Shown here: positions 61,038 to 64,000 of the stretch, one piece after another
How the letters are laid out: every line of letters starts with the position of its first letter
How positions within the stretch are numbered: the stretch's first letter is position 1
From: Moniliella sp. 'wahieum'
Taxonomy: Eukaryota
Assembly (NCBI GenBank): GCA_003971905.1
Contig: RSEE01000135.1
Coordinates: forward strand, 62,001 to 126,000
DNA: 64,000 nt
Direction: 5' to 3'
Position numbers and translations under genes: made by a program
The notes under the pieces: generated by a model
The model's database searches: none
What the model was told of the DNA's origin: nothing
Seen by the model: the letters and a program-made list of their open reading frames with translations, nothing else

Positions 61038-64000
61038 CTACCTGAGCACAGGCGCCGTGCCTGTGCGCACCAGCCTTCGGGGCCTTCGCACCGCCTCTTC
61101 TCCACCAGCAGTACTACCCGTAGTACTCCCACCAGGATTCCCACGTCGTCGCGCCCCCGTTCCCAGCGAGCGCGGCAGGTCCAGCGCCGTCTCCAGCGCC
61201 GGATGCGCAAACCCACGGCTGCTCCGCCTCAGTCCCGCCGGCGCACCCACAACCCGCCCGCGAGTGGACCGCACACCAAGTGTACCACCCTCAACACCAC
61301 CCGCAGTACCACTCGCACCACCACTGGGATACCGCGCAAATAGACCCTGATCTTGGTCGTGCTGTTGCCCCTGCGAATGAGGATGCGCATGCACAGCAGG
61401 ATGCACAGCAGGATGCACAGCAGGAGGATGGTAGTGAGGCTGAGAGCGACGGTGGGTCAAGGGCGCGAGCGGGGACAGGTCACTAGATGGGGGATAGGAC
61501 TTTCAGGCAAGCGGTTGGAGTGGGCACCCGAAGCCGAGCCGAGCGGCGAGTCGTCGTCCAACTGGGGGGACGGATTCGGGGACGCGAGGGGAGGCCAGCG
61601 GGGTAACGGTGCAGGTGGAGCCAGTGTGAGTGATGCAGCGAGCCCAAACGCTCCGCGGGAAGCTAACGGTGCAATGGACGAGGCAGCACGGGCATGGAGT
61701 CCTCTCCGTGTGGGCGCAGTTGGTCTCGTAGCTGCCCTCGAAGTTGGCCTCGAAGTTGCGGGCGCAGTTGAGGTGCCAAGGGCGAGCCATCGAACATCTC
61801 TGTATCGGGTGGGTCGTGTGCGTCCCCATCAGCGTCGGCATCGGGGTCTTGGGCGTCACGATCACCAGTGTGCGGGGGGAGGAGAGTAGCCAACGCCGGG
61901 CGGAGAAGTTTCGGTCGAGGGCGAACCCTTCCACCAGGGCGCGGGAGCGCGCGCGGCGGAACAAGTCGAGGTGCGTGGCGCACAGGGCAGCAAAGCGCGG
62001 ATCGTCCATAGTGACATAAGCCTGTGGAGCGCACAAGTCGGCATGGTGGGCGTAGAACGCGGCGTAGCCTCCATCTAGGACATACAGTTCGGGGAAATGG
62101 CATGCCGGGTAATCCTGGACATCTGCGCGGTCGCGATCGGCAGCGCGCAGTGCGCGCGCGAGCGTCGGTCCGCGCTTGGCTGAAAACTCACAGTGGAAAA
62201 TGAGGATATGCTTTTTCCCAGCGGACAGGCTGGTTTGCCTCGGCGGCAAAGCCTGGGAAGCATGGAGACCTTCCCCCGGCGTGAGGAGGTGACGCACAAC
62301 CGTATCGGGGGACCAGAGGTTGACTGACCCGGGATCGCACCACCCTCATGCTCGTACGGGAACCGACAGTCCACCACTGTGAACCCGCTGATGGAGTTAT
62401 CAAATTCGCCCTGCAACAGTTGTGCCATCGTGGCGGGCGTGATGCGTACCAACCCATCATCTTTGACACTGAACGACGGAAGAACTTTACCTTCGCGCTC
62501 CGACGCTCCAAAGCCCCCCAACGCCCCGCCAGGAGGGAGGAGAGCATCACGCGCGGCGAGCCGTCCTGCGCAGACACGGCAGCTGCTGCAGCTGCCGCCT
62601 CGCCCGCCGGTCCACCCAGCTCCATCCGACGACGCGAGTGCAGCAAAGGCGACGAATCGTCTGCCGATGGCGTGCGTGGGGGGAAGGCCAAGCGCAGCGC
62701 CGGTCCCAATCCGGCCGGCGACCCATCCAGCACCAGCTGACCCCCACCAGCACCACCCCACCACCACCAGTAGTACCACCAGTAGCAGTAGCGTGGGTGC
62801 TGCCTAGCCGTTCCATCGTGGACGAAGGCGAGATGGCGTCCCAGGAATTACGGCGCCGTGCCGGGGTGGGCGTTGCGCGCACACTGGCCATCGACCCGAA
62901 TCCGAATCCTGATCCTGATCCTGACCCGAATCCCAGTCCCGATCCGGAGGCGGATACCCCCGATACACCCGATCCGGACGCGGGGAAGGACAGCGCCGAG
63001 GAACTGGGCCCAGCAGGGTGCGGTGGTGCACCCGCACCATCTGCACCTTTTGCCTCAGTTCCCTCAGTAGGTGCACGTGTATGTGCAGCGTCAGGTGGAT
63101 TGGGTGCTGCGCCATCCGCCTGGAGCGCAGCCAAGGCACCAAGGAACGAGGGGGACCCATGTACGCGCCCCGTGCTGCTCCCCGGTAGTGTCGAACCCAA
63201 CGTCGATCCTAACGTCGAACCCAACGTCGATGTCGGCGGGAGCAGCGTATCGAACAACAGCCCGTTTCGTCCGGGAGGGCGCAGAGCCGGACCTTTACCC
63301 TTACCCTTACCCTTACCCTTACCCGGAGCAGGAGCCGGGACGCACTGCACGTGCCATTGGAGGAAGAGGATGTGGTGGGTAGGGGGGCCGCTAGTGTAAG
63401 TGCCGGTACAGCCGCGGGTAAGGGGGAGCATGTCCTCCCACCTTGGGCTCGTCGGTGGTCATGTTTTCGTCCGCGTCCGCGTCGTGGGTCGGGTCTGTGG
63501 TTGGGGCGGGACCTTTGCTCGAGCCAGGCCCAAGGGACGACCGGGCGACCCCCCCACCAGCACCAGGACCTCCAGCGCGGTGGAGGGAGGAGCGTGGGTC
63601 GCGGTCGGTGTGAGGCTGGGCAGGGCGCAGGCGGAGGGGCAGGCCGGTGGACGGGGGGAAGGGCGAGTGGGAGGGGGAAAAGGAGCAGGAGTCGAAAGAG
63701 GAAGAGGAGGAGGAGAAGGACGAAGGGAAGCAACCCACGGGGGGGGCAAGAGCAAGAGTACCAGTACCATTCCCACTGTCAGGAGCAGCAGGAGGACCAC
63801 CCGTGGGGGGGGCGGAGGGAGCGGTAGGTGCGGGGGAGAGGTGGTGGAGGGCTCGGGCGGCGCCTGCGAGGGAGCTGAAGGAGGAGGAGGCGTCGGCGGG
63901 GAGGTCGAGGGAGGTGTCGGGGCTGTTGGGGTGGAAGAAGAGGCGGCGAGGTGGTCGGGGGGATTCTTCTTGCTGGTGTTGGTGTTCGTGGGGGATGGAG
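61038..64000 (-). CDS. MIH1: M-phase inducer phosphatase Cdc25/Mih1, 5'-partial (start beyond the window); indels; 3' end approximate
   Basis: LPSFSVKDDGLVRIT, VVDCRFPYEHEGG, catalytic IFHCEFSAKRGP, YP..FPELYVLDGGY..FY, C.PQ.YV.M. Long Ser/Pro-rich N-terminal region. Confidence 0.92.

Noticed and set aside
63292..63324. (TTACCC)n as an interstitial telomeric repeat
   Set aside because: Only a few units, not the TTAGGG/CCCTAA consensus, and they encode a GKGKGK run within the MIH1 ORF.
1..64000. Frameshifts in ARG5,6, GST, MFS, POL2, RPO41, MIH1 and others as pseudogenes or programmed frameshifting
   Set aside because: They affect most genes, including essential ones whose catalytic motifs are intact, and show no common slippery motif. 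Uncorrected sequencing or assembly indels are the simplest explanation.

Overview
Eukaryotic nuclear DNA from a GC-rich fungus. Few short GT..AG introns with CTRAC branch points and the gene content suggest a basidiomycete, probably Ustilaginomycotina (inference). Most genes carry isolated single-base indels, best read as assembly errors, so many CDS limits are approximate. Genes in order: 3' end of ARG5,6; lipocalin-like; AMSH-type JAMM deubiquitinase; GST; intron-containing tRNA-CAG; PCD1-like Nudix; a hypothetical protein; amidohydrolase-3 divergent from a DHA1 MFS transporter; ADY2/ATO-like; CMC4; prefoldin 2; POL2; MP88-like secreted protein; RPO41; UTP8/NOL11-like; part of CDC25/MIH1. 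Less ordinary content: (1) a young 3.7-kb Ty3/gypsy chromovirus-type LTR element with a perfect 5-bp TSD that encodes Gag, a Pro/Gln repeat and an intact integrase-chromodomain but no protease, RT or RNase H, and has a Tf1-style self-priming PBS; (2) three tandem paralogues of an unrecognised small membrane-protein gene with a conserved WGGWVYSYYP motif and conserved GTCACGTG promoter boxes; (3) a tRNA-CAG that, as read, has a G73 discriminator; (4) a ~12-kb lower-GC, gene-poor island with an IDO/PrnB-like heme-protein gene and a solo LTR.
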